Shown here in pieces: positions 30,401-44,600 of a DNA stretch of 64,000 bases (position 1 is the first letter of the stretch; each line of letters begins with the position of its first letter). The stretch is taken from NCBI GenBank assembly GCA_030141605.1, contig JAQGDQ010002373.1, positions 405,921-469,920 of the forward strand, in the 5' to 3' direction. Made by a program: the position numbers and the translations under genes. The DNA is from Tubiluchus corallicola. Its lineage: Eukaryota; Animalia; Priapulida. The notes beneath the pieces are model-generated. The model was not told where the DNA came from and did not search any database. It was given only the letters and a program-made list of their open reading frames with translations.

Positions 30401-32624
30401 CGGAAAAAAATTTGCACTTGACTATTGTTACAGCAACTGTGCTAGGTGTCCACCATTTTCACTGTGAGCAAAGATGAAGGCACTTATTCTAATAGCTGTC
30501 ACAGTTTCTCGCTTCTTTGAGGGGTATTTGATTTCAGCAGTCAACAATTTTTGCCTTCTGTACCTCAGTATCAAAGAGCATTGTACAGCCATCACATTCT
30601 TTCTCTGAGAATTTAAGATGCAGTAGTTCATAGGACCATGTTCCATTTTTTCTTGATAACAAATCTGTATCAGTGGTTTATTTTCTGTGGTGAAGACCAT
30701 GATGCAAACTGTATAATTTTTTCTTTTATTGCCATGTGTTAAGTGTGCTTTTTACATTAGTAAGGCTGTTCTCATTTATTGGTGATTAGCTGGCATTCTT
30801 CGGGCATTGAGATTTTTAATATGCAAAAGTTTTTTGGTATTAACTTAAAAATTGCTAAAACTATAAATTTGTAACTTTCACAGCCAAAAACCAATCTAGC
30901 TGTGAAAGTAGAGCACTTGCATTTAACATTACTGCAGTCTAAACTTCTGTGCCATGTGATGCATTTCAGGAAAAAAGTGCACACCAATTAAGTAGCTCAT
31001 TCTAGAACTAATTTTAAGTGTGACATGACTGACTTTCTAGATCTTTGTGTTGCAAAATTGCAAAGCCATTTTTGAAAACGGTAAGAAACACGAGAAGAAT
31101 AAATTACCAGGATTGCAAACAATGGAGATCAGAGGTAAATTCAGCTTGAACTTGTCCACTTTATTTTTGAGATTCTCCGCAAATCGACGAGGTGCTGGGT
31201 AGTCCGGAAACGACTTAATCAGCTTGTACGATGTGCGCACCATATCAGATACCTCCTCTTCAATATCTTCAGCATTTAAATCGTTTAGACAACCTGCAAA
31301 TAACTGCTTTTCAGACAAAGTTTGCACTACCTGTACATCATTATTGATTATCCAATACTTTTGAGCTTTTGAGTGAACTTTCAAAGCTTTGTTGGAAATT
31401 GCTTCAAAATTGCAAAATGCTATAGTGGATAATATCCTTTGCTAATTAATAATTGCTTCAAAATTGCATGTGAAGTAATAAAAACTGCAAATTTACAAAT
31501 ACAGTCCAGATAATACAAGTAGAGCCTTTAGTAGCTAGTATATACACGTGATTTTGATGCGTAAAGTTTCAGCTAAATGCATATCTAGACAGGTCAACCT
31601 GTATGTGGAAGTAAAAAAACAAAGGATTAGTTAATGAAATAATAACATGGGATAATGATAAATATATGCACTGATGTGCATGGGGGAAAGTAGTGAATGT
31701 ATGATAAAATGGAGCAAGAAGTAAAAAAAAATGCATTTAGTATGACATAGAACAAATGATCGGCAAAAAATAATAATTAACTAGAAAATTCAAATTACAC
31801 TGCTTTTTCAGAATTAAACCAATTAACATTTTCTTGCTGTCAACTGCTCAATGCTAACTATTAGCCATTATGTAAAGTGGTCCGCAAATGTGTTTCAAAA
31901 GATTTACTTCTCTATTTATTGTCTTAACGATTTTCTTTCACCAAGATTACGCTGCTCACCATTTAACCACGTGTCACTCTTAATGTGAAACTGTAAAGCC
32001 GTCTTCCAGAGTTGTTCATATGGTTCCTTTAATGTGATGATTGTATTGAGAAGAGGATATTTGGTGATCTCCCAGTCCAGTAAGGTCTCCTCATTGTTTA
32101 TCCAGTTAAGCTCTTTCTTAGCTGACTCTATCTCCTCAGTGATTTCATCAATTTTTTCAACGTTAGCTTTCATCTCATCAAGTCCCACCATCTAGCAATG
32201 ATGCAAGATAATGCAAATCTTAAGATGAATCACAAAAGGGAGAAAAATATTAAAATATCATTCTCTTTGAAGATAAATAGGATCAACGGACATATTAAAT
32301 ACAAGCAAGGTTTAATTTCTAAACACATATTTGTAACATTTGCGTATAATATATATCTTTTGTATGCATTGTAGTCAATAATGAATTTTTCTGAGACCGC
32401 CACTCAAACTATAAAAAGGTAAACTAACCTAAAATGGCATTATGATACATATTCTTCATGTAAAATAGTAGTAGTAGTAGTAGTTTATTCTCATATTTTA
32501 TATATATTGTTGTACTGGTCATTTGCTTTGTGATGTAAATATTTATACGTATATACACAGATATATATGTATGTATATATGTGTATATATATATATATAT
32601 ATATGTAGTTATGTATATACATAC

Positions 32625-32662
<38 letters not shown>

Positions 32663-35600
32663 GTATCACAACTTAACTGGATCACAAAGCAAATGAACAG
32701 TACAACAATATGAGCGGTAAACATATCCACTTACGCGAACAACAAAGAAATGCATTGTGCTCATTTACAATTGTTAGAAATTCAGAAACTTTATCAGCAT
32801 CACTTAGAAGTGTGCACACGTTCACACTAAAATCAAAATTACATTCATTACGAATCCAGTTAGTTTTAGTGCAATCAAAAATAAAATGTTTTTCATCTAT
32901 CAAAACATGACAAAGATTGCATGAACCCTAGGGATGCCTCTCTTCCTTCTTAATTCAACCCTCAAATTGTGGAAACCTGCCCTTAATCATACAAGGTCTT
33001 TAGTAACTTTCGTAAAATTTGAATCACCCATTAAGTTCTGTGGCTTCTGTAAGTTTTCATTATTCATTAAGTAATAGATAAACCTTGTTTCTTAATTCAT
33101 ATTGTACATCCGTTATTCTGAACAAACCTCAATTTTTCTGAACGTATCAATTTGTGCATCCAGGTCATTAAGCTTTTGTTCGAAGGCAGCCACTCTGTTG
33201 CGAAGGTTTTGTTCAGCCTGATCACGACGGAGTGCAAGCCGGCCTTTGCTGATGTCAAATATAGCTTTTATACGTTCCGGCCATAGCATGACGTTAGTAT
33301 TCAAATTAATGTCTTCCACTAAAAGTTTAAACGAAACTTACATTAGCGGAATACACTTTTAAACATGTAATACATATGAAAAAGAATTAGAATGAATTTG
33401 TTTATTGTTAATCATCTGTTTCACTCAGGCTTTAGTCACACTTAAATATATACACACATAAATTAAAAGCTAAATTACAGTGCATAATTGTAAAAAACTG
33501 TGACTAAGGATAAAAAAGTACAACACTGAATATTGAATTTGTATGAATTTGTACCAGTACGAGCACATTTAATGCAGTGGCTTTTCGGAAGTTAATTCAT
33601 CATGAGAAATTCCAATATTCAAGTCTCTGTTAACAAATTAAAAAATGTCCAGACAGCAAGTACAACTGATGATCCATTGTTGATGGGAGGACAAGTTTTC
33701 AACTGATTATGCTTCCTGCAATATCTGGAATTGTCTCAAAAACTGCAAAAAGATTTACAAATTTTCAACTCTCATTTCAGAAGTTCTGCATTGAACCAAG
33801 CCTACCAGATAGTATCGCATAATCCATCAGAAACATAAGCTTTTCTGCAGCTTTTTCAACAGAATCCTTCATCTGAAACACTGTCACACTTTTTGTCTAT
33901 AATCACAAAAAATAGAAGATAGGTTTAGCTGACACACTCCAAATTAGCAAATCAGCTAAATTATTTTATGTTAAAAGCCACAAACTTAAATTATAGAAAC
34001 AAATTTTACACATAAAGCATATGATTTAGACTTAACGGCTTTACTTAATTAATAAAAAATGTTTATTGTAAATAACTAGCACTGCAAGATCAAGAAGCAT
34101 GCAGAAAACAAATGATCAAAAATTATTTGATCACTTTACATCCAAAAAATATTATTTCACAAACATCCCCCTTCCTGTTTTACACATATTCAGAAAAAAA
34201 ATTAAACATGAGAACACAGTGTAGAATACATATCAACACATTCATAAATAAGTATTTAATTATTTATGATCTTTTTTCCAAATTATCAGTCAAATTATCA
34301 GGCTTTAATTCAATCTTAATAGCTAGTTAATCAACCCAATCCAGCATTTCTAATTGTTAGTTTATTCACACTAGAGATATTACTAAGTAAGCATAACTGA
34401 GTTATGTAATTGTGGGTTCAATTGCTCACTAACTCTTTCGATGCGTACAAATATTTACCTGTCATCTGTGACGGGTCAAAGAAAAGGCTTATTAATCAAT
34501 CCACTCTCCAAATTTAATAAACTTTGGAAAAAAATGACTAACATACAAGCAAATCATATAAGAACAAAACAAATATTTCTTCATTTTCAGCATATGAATA
34601 AGTTTTTATGAAACTGATGACGAAAAATTTTGCCTTACACTTCTACTGGTCACTCACCAGTGAACGTTGATTTGCCCTGCTGCGCTCACTAGCTCAGGCC
34701 GTTATTAGGTAACGTACCTTGGCGTGATTTTTGTTGCACCTGGGCATGTATTCACAGAATGTAACAGCAGCTAGTGGTAAGCAGTACTGTAAGCAGATTT
34801 AGTGTTTCATTTGCGTAATGCGGGATTAAAGCACACTCAGAAGACATTATCAGCGAAATGCAAACTCTTACATAATGCCACTTAATAGAGTGACGGTTAA
34901 TAGACTCAATCGCTTAATTGAGTCAAAAACGCTTGGAACGGGCCGCTTCTATTCAAATATATATAAAAACTATCGGTAATTGAGTCAAATAACTCCGCAT
35001 AATTGACTCAATATTTTTCCTTCACCTACTTAAAATAAGATATTTGTATGTGCTCAAAAGAACTTGTATGTCATCTTTACTTCCCTTTTGTGTACTACGT
35101 ATGCAGAAACAATCATGTTAAGTACCGTTTTGTTTGTAAGCAGGTATGTTTAACATGCGCTAAGAGGCTAGCGTAGCGGTTTTGCTTTGAATCTGTTACT
35201 GGCTCGCCCACTGTTACCCAAAGAAGTTCTGGAAGCTAAACATTTAATCACTTGCTAAACGGTCTGCTTTTGATGCTCTCGTTGCAAATCACGCTTTCAG
35301 GCTTAATGAGTTAATAGTCAAAGATGCAGGTACAGCAATCAGCTGGTATTTCTTGTGACTTACAAGACTAAACATCGTACAGCAAATAAGAGCAATGTTA
35401 GTGAGCAGATGACTCAGAACTGTTTTAGTCACACACAAAAACAGATTTTCAACGTTCTTAAAATTATGAGAACCTTGTGGACGACTTCATCATGAGAAAA
35501 TAAAGCAGCCGACTTTGAAAGAATTTTTATAATTTTTGGAAATAAACAGATTTAGAAAAGTATACTTTTTAATTTATTGCTAATTCACTTATGTAAATTA

Positions 35601-38600
35601 ATATTTTGAAATGTTTTTTCTACTTTTTAACTGCACAAAGGAATTTAGGAATTAGTTCGTTTCTAAAATTCATTAAAGACCTTTGCAGCGCATAGTAAGC
35701 TGATGACTCATACTTCTATACCTGTAATACTACACCCATCGGTTAATGGGTTCAGTTGGCTAACTGGGTCGAAACACATCGGTCCCAAAGTGAGACTATT
35801 AAGCGGCGCCTACAGTATTTGGCACTGATGACAGTTGACAGTGGCTGGAGAAACAAAGTATATTCTACTGTAATTAGTATGGTGACATTTATTTGTGTCA
35901 TATTATTATGTGGAAAAAATTTCTAGCATTCTGTGCCTTTTTTAAATTTGGAATGATTTCACACTTTTGATCAGATTAGCAGTTATAGTTACACTGGGCA
36001 TATTGAGACAACAACCTGTTAGAAGCATGTAGTGTGATAATTTCTGTACCTTTTACTTGCTAACAACAAGTACACTGTCAGACTTTAGTTTTCAACCACT
36101 GCAACATTCATTGCACCTAAAGAAATTCAGTGCCTGAATAAACCAGCAAGCAAATAAATGTGCACTATATATACATAGTTACTTATACTATGCGGAATGC
36201 TTGCTGTCACTTCAACAGCACACAGGCCCGTCGTTATAATTAGCTGCAGCAGAACAGGCAAGACTAACCAATAAAAAGTGTTTGGGTGTTACATTCCTGT
36301 ACAAATTTTGTAATATCTTTGCACGTCTAAACAGCTGCCAAGTTTACAAAGTTAAAGTGATTTCAACACTTTTGCAAAATCTTGTTCAGAAAAAGAATGC
36401 TCTACAGTTTTTATGTTGAATACTTTGAGATATAGTAGGTGCCGCTTAAAAGATTCACTTTGGAATAGCAGCGTTTTGGCCCAATTAACTGACGGATTCA
36501 ATTAGCCGACATGTATAGCCTAATACTACAATAGAAGTATGAGTCACGACTCGTCACCTTAGTATGCATTGCGCAGGCTTTAAATGAATTTTAGAAACGA
36601 ATTAATGCCAAAAAACCTATGTGCAATTATTATTTACAAATGCTAATTCCTATAAGTGAATTAATAAAAAAAGAAAATAAAAAAAATCACACAAATCAGA
36701 TTATTATTGCTAAAAAAGATAAAAATTCATATTCATGCATCAAGTCGGTTGCTTGATTTCTTCACGAAGCAATTGGTTTATGAAACTCTCATAATGATAA
36801 AAAACGTGACTTATTTCAAGTACGCGAAATGGAAAATATTGAGTCAATTACGCAGTCGTTTGAGTCAGTTACCGACAGTTTATATAAACGTTTGAATAGA
36901 AAAGAGATGTTTTTGAGTCAGTTGGGCAACCGAGTCTATTAGCCATGAGTCTGGTAAACGACGGATACTGTACACGGCATCACTTGGAAACTAGAAGCCT
37001 TTGGAACGAAAATTCTGCAAATTTTTTACAGACTTTTCATATCATCCCGTTAATTGTTCAATCAAATAAAAAATCTAAGCATTTTATTTACAGTGCTAGA
37101 AAGATTCTCTTTCAGAAAATATATTAGTTTTGTACTAGTTCCTCATGCAATTGGGCAGCTATGGGCATTTTTACACTTACAAAAAATTATCTAACTAGTT
37201 AAAAAGTATTCCAATAAGTTTAGACTTAGAAAAGGTGCATTGCTTTGGTGAGTTATTGTGATTGATTTCACATTTGACTGACAGACAAGGGGCTGTGTGG
37301 TTTAATAGTAATAGCACTAGACATGTAAGATTAATGGTTCAAAGTCCAACCGAATCCAAAACTTTTTAAAATTTAATAGTTGTAAAGTTATTTCGTCCTC
37401 AAGGAAAGTTTAATAAACGAAGCTTAATATTTACTTAAAAAGTTATTTTTTCTTAAAAAACAAAGAAAATGCCAAGACCTACATACCACACGTAAGAATT
37501 CCTCTAGCTGCACCAGTTCTTCTGTTGTATCAGGCACGTCATTTAAATGCTCAGAAATACTTTCATACTCTGAGCTGATCCTAAATTAATGCCACAATAA
37601 TAAAAGTAATAAGTGGCACTTCTTTTAATATGATCGGAAAGTATAAACAAAAGTAACAGAACTACAACACAATCGCTCATACCTCATTAGTAGTACAGAG
37701 GGATTGTTCTGAGGAGTAATAATACTATGCAAATTTTGAAAGTTTCAATTGCATTCCTGTATAATTACAAAGAAGCAAAATGAATATAATGACGAAGCGA
37801 ACACTGTATAGACCTTTGCGAACTCTATAATTATTTTAAAAAGTATATATACAATTACTGTTATCCAATTTCTAAACAAAATCACACCATTTTACAGAAA
37901 AAAGATGTTCCAGTAACTCATATATTCAACATTCTATAATCATATTATTGTTCTTGTAATAGCGTTTGGCTCCACATTTGTGGAACTTTAATTTACTTAT
38001 AGTTTTAATTTCATACACGATGCTGTCAAAATTCACTGTGATGCCATGTTTCCTTTCACTCATTTCCTACAACACATCAATCTAGTGGATTCTAAAGGAA
38101 ATAGTGGCGTAAGTTTTTGCTCTTAATATCAAAAGATCTGGAAGAAATGACCTACAGTTCAATAGCCTACAGTCTATTCATGCATAAACGCACAACGTAC
38201 TTGCGATTTAGTGCTCGGGTCTCCTCCACTATAAAAGCAATAAGTGCTTTTTTCATTTCCTGTGCTCGGTGTGCAAGCTCGTGGTTTACAGCTTGTGCAT
38301 TTATACTAATGAGACTGAGCGGAACGTCAACTAGCAGAGTTATGATCTGATATCTCAAGTTTTCATATGTAGTAATTTTCTATAATCAAAAAAGAGTAAG
38401 TAAGGCATTTGTAAGGCTAAAGTTTACAAGTCTCCATACATCAGAAACTAGTTTGTGAAGTGGATTAGGATCAGGGTTAGGAGTAGGGATAGGATTGGGT
38501 TAGGGTTAGGGTTAGGGATAGGATTGGATTAAGGTTAGTGTTAGGGTTAGGGTATTTAAATTATGTGGGGAATTGTAAACTCCTCTTGACACACTGAAAT

Positions 38601-41600
38601 TCAAGACATTTGTAAGGCTAAAGTTTACAAGTCTCCATACATCAGAAACTAGTTTGTGAAGTGGATTAGGATCAGGGTTAGGAGTAGGGATAGGATTGGG
38701 TTAGGGTTAGGGATAGGATTGGATTAAGGTTAGTGTTAGGGTTAGGGTATTTAAATTATGTGGGCAATTGTAAACTCCTCTTGACACACTGAAATTCAAA
38801 ACAGACAACTAATGCTTTTCCATCAATTTATAGATGTAAAAGCCTCTGTACTGTAATAACGATATATTGTAGCAAAAGAAAAGAGTAAACTTTAAGCAGA
38901 CGGACATTTCATGCAAAATCTCGTACTTTTTGAACAAAATGTTAAATCACAGCTAATCTTCATACTCGCCTGTCGAAATTCATTGAGATTATGTCGTGCA
39001 TCAAGAAAGTTGTTTACATCATCTTCTGCTTCCTCAGTAAGTAAGTGTTGGAATTTCTCATATTCCTTTATATATCTAAAATATCATTTACATGTGAAAT
39101 TTAGAAAACTTTCATACTAAAAAATGTTAACTAGGTGAAAAATAATTTGAAAAAGTTGCTATCAGTCCCTTGTATAGGTAATACATTTGTGATAAACTAT
39201 AAAGGGAACACATAATAAAATATTGCTATATTGAATTACCTATATGATATATATGTGGAATATAGGTGTGAGACAGCTATAAAAACTTCCAAGAAAGCCA
39301 CTGAAGCATTCTCTGCTCTATATTTTCAATGTGATAAAGCCTGGCATTCAAATAATTGCAAGATATGTAAACTTCTTTTATGCATGTTAACATAGCGATA
39401 AGAGTCTGGTTTCTTTTTTTGTTCGACAAAGTTGTTATTCAGTTTTATCATGTATGGGAAATAATGTGAAATACATATGCCAACAATACAATACAGATTT
39501 TGCATCGGAATATATCTAAGCCAAAACTTGTACAATTACACATATTTAAAAAGGAATGCATACTTACTGAGGACCAAATTTCTAAACTATCTCTTGCCTG
39601 TAGATATTTTAAGTACTATAGAAGCAAGAGACTTCTCTTTTTGCAACTGAATTGAATAAAATCTTAACATTTATCATGAAGGATTAACTACATACAAATA
39701 ATTTTATGGTGTTTTTAATTATAATTGTTAAAGTTAATGATAATCATTTCTGTCTTTTCATTGCTTTGTTTCTTAAATTTCCATTGTATTATTCTGTGTG
39801 TAATGTATATGTTTCACCATATTTCTCACCATCAATACAATTATTGTAAGTATCATTAAAATATGTAACTTTTTATATTACCAATGTACTATGTGTCTGT
39901 GTTGTGTTAATGTACAATAATAACAATAATAATACATTAAGATACTCAACACATTTATTCGTAATGATCTGATTTTCGTTATTTGTATGGAGTTATTAAG
40001 GTTAAGAACATAAAGATGACAGCCAGTACCCACTTCAGCAAAGACGTGGCTTTTATTCAGACACAACATCAGCAACGATGTACTAAAATTATTGCAAACT
40101 GGTCCTAGTAGCTGTTTGTTTACAGTATTATTTACAGGTTACTTTGAGTAACCTAACTTTATATTTTTCTGCATTGTGGTGTTATATCACACGATATACA
40201 AGTAAGCAATATAGAATTTGTCTTGTTTTTTGCTCGTCAAAATATTGATTTTTGTAATTTTATACTGTATTCTTATTTAGGTGGATTGTTGCATGAATAT
40301 GACCTTAACTATGTCGAAACATTGCAGATACTGTGTCTGAATAAAAGCCATGTGACATGTTTATTAGCATACAGCTGATGCAATGACACGTGTGTTAATA
40401 CTACAAATGACACATCCTGTTTTTTATTTTCTCATCAAGGAAAATGGAGAAAGTAGCCCTGCCATTATGAGATACTACTGCTGTACAATATAAAGGGACC
40501 ATATATCAATATTCAGCAGTTCACTGGCTCCTCTTCACCTTTTGCAAGATGAGCACAACCTAAGTGTGCAAGAGCAGATCATTTTCTTCTGACATCATTA
40601 TGTGGTCATTCCTCGTTCTGCATAGAGGTGTCCCCCTTCCTATTTATTACATTTCCTTGTAGCAGCTACATACTTTCTCTTGATTCCATAATTTCTCTAA
40701 ATGCTCTTACTAATCGTTGAAGGTTCTCTATTTCTGTTGTTTTAATAGTCTCTATCCTTACATTATACTTATTTATTATTCTTTCCAATTTTTCACAACT
40801 TCTGTTGCTTCATGTTTTGTTGTACCAGCCTGAATCTTGCACTTAGGACATAATAAATCTTTCATTTTATTTCTTTTGCAATTGAATTTCAATTCCTTCA
40901 TATTTAACTTAATTTCCATTATATTTACAATATCTACAAGACCACATTTTTTGATATATTGTTATTTCTCATATATTTCACCATCAAAAAACCTTAATTT
41001 TGTCTGTACTTTATCTTTGTGTTCTTTTAATATTTCTTGGTTTATAGCTTTTTCATTTCTCTTTTCCACGTTGATTTTTTTAATTTCTCCATTTTTTATA
41101 TGCTCGATACTATCTTTCATTCCATATTTAATAGTGAGCTCACTTATTTCTGAATACCAATAATACATATTTATATACTCTTTTTCTTGCTCACTTACTA
41201 CGTGTTTTGCTAATCTGTTTACATCTGAACATCTGAGTTCATCAATGAATAATAAAATATGGCCTTTTTATGGTCAATCCGTTTTTGCATAGGACATGAA
41301 CCTGTTTCTGCTAACATGCCCCATTACGGAGTGCTAATTTTTTGATTCACAGTTCTTCTCAACATCTCTTTTTCTATTTTTTCCAAACTCTTCCATTCAT
41401 CGTTTTAATATTCGTCCATGTTTCACAATTGTTCAACACTGATGGGATAAGTAATCTTATATCCATTGCTGTATTACCTCATTGCCAATTCTCCAGTATT
41501 TCTCATCATATATTTTGCCTTTTCTATTCTTTTTTCGAGTAATAATTCATAGTTACATTTTGCATTTAACCAGTCACCTGACTTTTTATACTGCTCTGTC

Positions 41601-44600
41601 CTCTGAATTATTCCATAATTTACCTCCTATTTCTTCATTATTTTTTCCTAGTGAATTTAGTTTTCTTCAAGCTGAAAGTTAGCTTCTTGATGTTTTTCAA
41701 TACTTCAGAATCTACTATTTCTTTCCTTAATGTTTGTTTAGACCCTACAGCTATCACATCATCTATGAATAACATGGCCCCAATAGTCAAATTAGGGCTT
41801 ATACATGTACTTAGCAGGAAATTTTTATTATTTATTATATCATTAAGTGTAATCGAACACAATTTTGATTGAACTGGAGTGCCTTGCCTCACTGATTCCA
41901 ATATTTTGACGTCTTCTGTTATTCCTATCGGGGTTTCAGTTATTACATTTGCTCATATCATATCATTCGCCAATAATGAGTGCATAAAAATAAATCATTA
42001 TTCAGCATCCTATTATAATCAATTATTGCCCTTAATGTGAGCAAATTTTCTGATGTGCTTTTACGTTTTTTCCTCCATTTTGTAATATACACACTTGATT
42101 TTGAAAAATTCCAAAATTCCTATTTATTATAATTTGCAATCACACGTGTAAAAAATCCCTCTTCTCTTTTCCATATCTTTTTTTAACCCTCCTGCTTTAT
42201 ACATTGATTTTATTTTCATTTTTTCCAATCCTCTGGTATTCCTTTAGTCACTTGTATTCTTCTAAACATGCACGTAAGGCTTCTAATTAGTCCCTCACCC
42301 GTCATTATCAACATTTTATTTTTCCAGCCTCCTTGATCTGTCAGTTTTTTCATTCTTTAATTTTTTATTTCCTTTTTAATTTCTTGTTCTTTTAATAATT
42401 GTGTTTCAAGTTCCTTACCTACTATTTGTAATTGGCGTATAACTGTATTAACCCTTGCTTCAATTTCTTTCTCCATTTCAGATTCTGCACCTAATCATCT
42501 TTATGATACTTTGTAAATATACCTTTTGGTAATTGGACTGTTTCACCTTGATCATTATTCATTGTCACTATATTCTCTTTTATACTTTTATCCACTCTTT
42601 TTTATAAATTCTCAGAATGCATTTGCACCAATGCCCATTCCACTTCTTATTTTATGGAAATTTTCTTCAATATGTATTCTGTATTCTTCTTGTTTTTTAT
42701 TATATATTATTTCATCGATTAATTATTCTCTTACTATCAGAACTTTACTTAAATGATCACTTACCTTCCTCTCTTTTCTTATCATCGCCTTTCCTTTTTA
42801 ATAATTTATTAATTTCTCTAGTTTCATTTTTCTTCTTTTTACTTTCCTTGATTGAAAACATTTCTTCATCATTTTCGTAATTTTTGCTTGCTAATTTTTA
42901 TATTTACACCGTAAGTCTTCATTCCTCTTCCATACTTTCACTAACTATGTTTATGCAATGTAAATGTAAATAGTAAAATTTGATTAAAGAAAAAAATCAT
43001 AGCTTCTATAGCAGAACAAAATAAGTAGATTTTTCAGCATGTAATAGTTGCTTTTTACATCAAAGGAAAGTTAGTAGTTCAGTTTTACAAGAAGGGAAGC
43101 ATATTTCTGCAGTGAACTAGGACTACTGCCAAAAATGACATGTAAAACCAAACAAAAATATTAAGTTACACGAGCAATTCTGATCATCTGTATTTAGAGA
43201 GCATATGAAGAAATTCTTTGCATTGTTTCAGCTAAAAATCATCTTTGTAACAAACAAAGCTGAACAACTGCTACTTTAAGCATCAAACAAACCAAGAAAC
43301 AGCTTGCCAAATAAAAGCATGAGTTCGCTTAACACCTGTAACAATAGGTGAGTTATTGAACTGCTAGTAACAAAGGGTGAGCATTCTCTACCAGAAGGTG
43401 AATCGAATCAAACTTGTGACATTCGAATTCGAATCGAACTTGAATTGAGTTTCAAAGATTTACGATCAAGTTTTCGAACAACAAGTAAAAAGCGGTCTTG
43501 CAAAGATCATGCGTATTGCTTGATTTATCTGCAGTAAAAACACAAACAATTTGTTTAAAAAATATGCACAGAAATTGCAGCTAAATTGTACTAATTACAT
43601 GATGTTTCAAGCCTTTTAATGATAAATGTCGTATGTGGTTGAAGCACTGAATTATTAGAATCTACAATTTTAGGTTCGAAATGAATTCAAACGGACAAAA
43701 AACTCGTTCGAATCGAATTTGAAAGTTGGAATTCGATTCGAACATTTGAACTCGAACCTACTAGCCACGAACATACTTTTTTGGTCCATGACGATTTCTG
43801 TCAAAAACTTCCAGTGCATGATCCATTAAATTTTGCACAGCAAGCTCGTTAATTGTCACTGGCTTTAAGCACAAGGTATCATCATCCTTCACTTCGGGAA
43901 ATAATTGTCGCTCTACCTAGAAATGCCTCTAATTATTGACCAAATCCAAATGCACCATCAGAACTTAGTTAAAGTTGTAATTATATCATGTACCTTCTAT
44001 AAGAACCGAGGAATAGTTACTATAAATATACATTAAATGTGATTGTCAACAAACACTTTTAAGCAAATAACACTTTTAAGGAGAAATAAAAGTTTGGTGA
44101 ATACTTTATGGTAAAAGAAGAATCTCACTGCTATTAACAGTCTAACTCTTACTCTTGGCAGGTGTTCGCCGCTTTTTATAATAGTCAGAAAGCAACTTCT
44201 GATGTACTCTTGACAAACATCTAGTGAAGGGATGAAGCAGATGTCACTCTCTTTGATCTCCAAATCTACTTCTAGTGGTGAACGCTCTAAGAATGCATAC
44301 TCATCAAACTCTGTCCCAAAATCATTCCCACCCTGCATTGAAATATGGAGTGGAACATTATGTCAGGATAAGAAATATATATAAATATGTAACTTTAGTA
44401 GGCTTTGTAAATATCACAGTTTCCCAGGCAAACTTATTCAGTATGTCACGTAAGAAAATACAGCATGCAATTAAAAAAGTAAAAGATGATAGGGAAAAAA
44501 CGAAACAAAATATAGTGAGCATAAATTGTTCAGTATTTACAACTAACTATATTCACCAACATTAACATTATGCATGCTCATACTGTGCATTAGGAACTCA

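Noticed and set aside
32424-32730. YIYI-rich ORFs
   Set aside because: Microsatellite translations.
38470-38750. True telomere or chromosome fusion site
   Set aside because: Short degenerate TTAGGG runs embedded in a dispersed element inside an intron of an intact gene.
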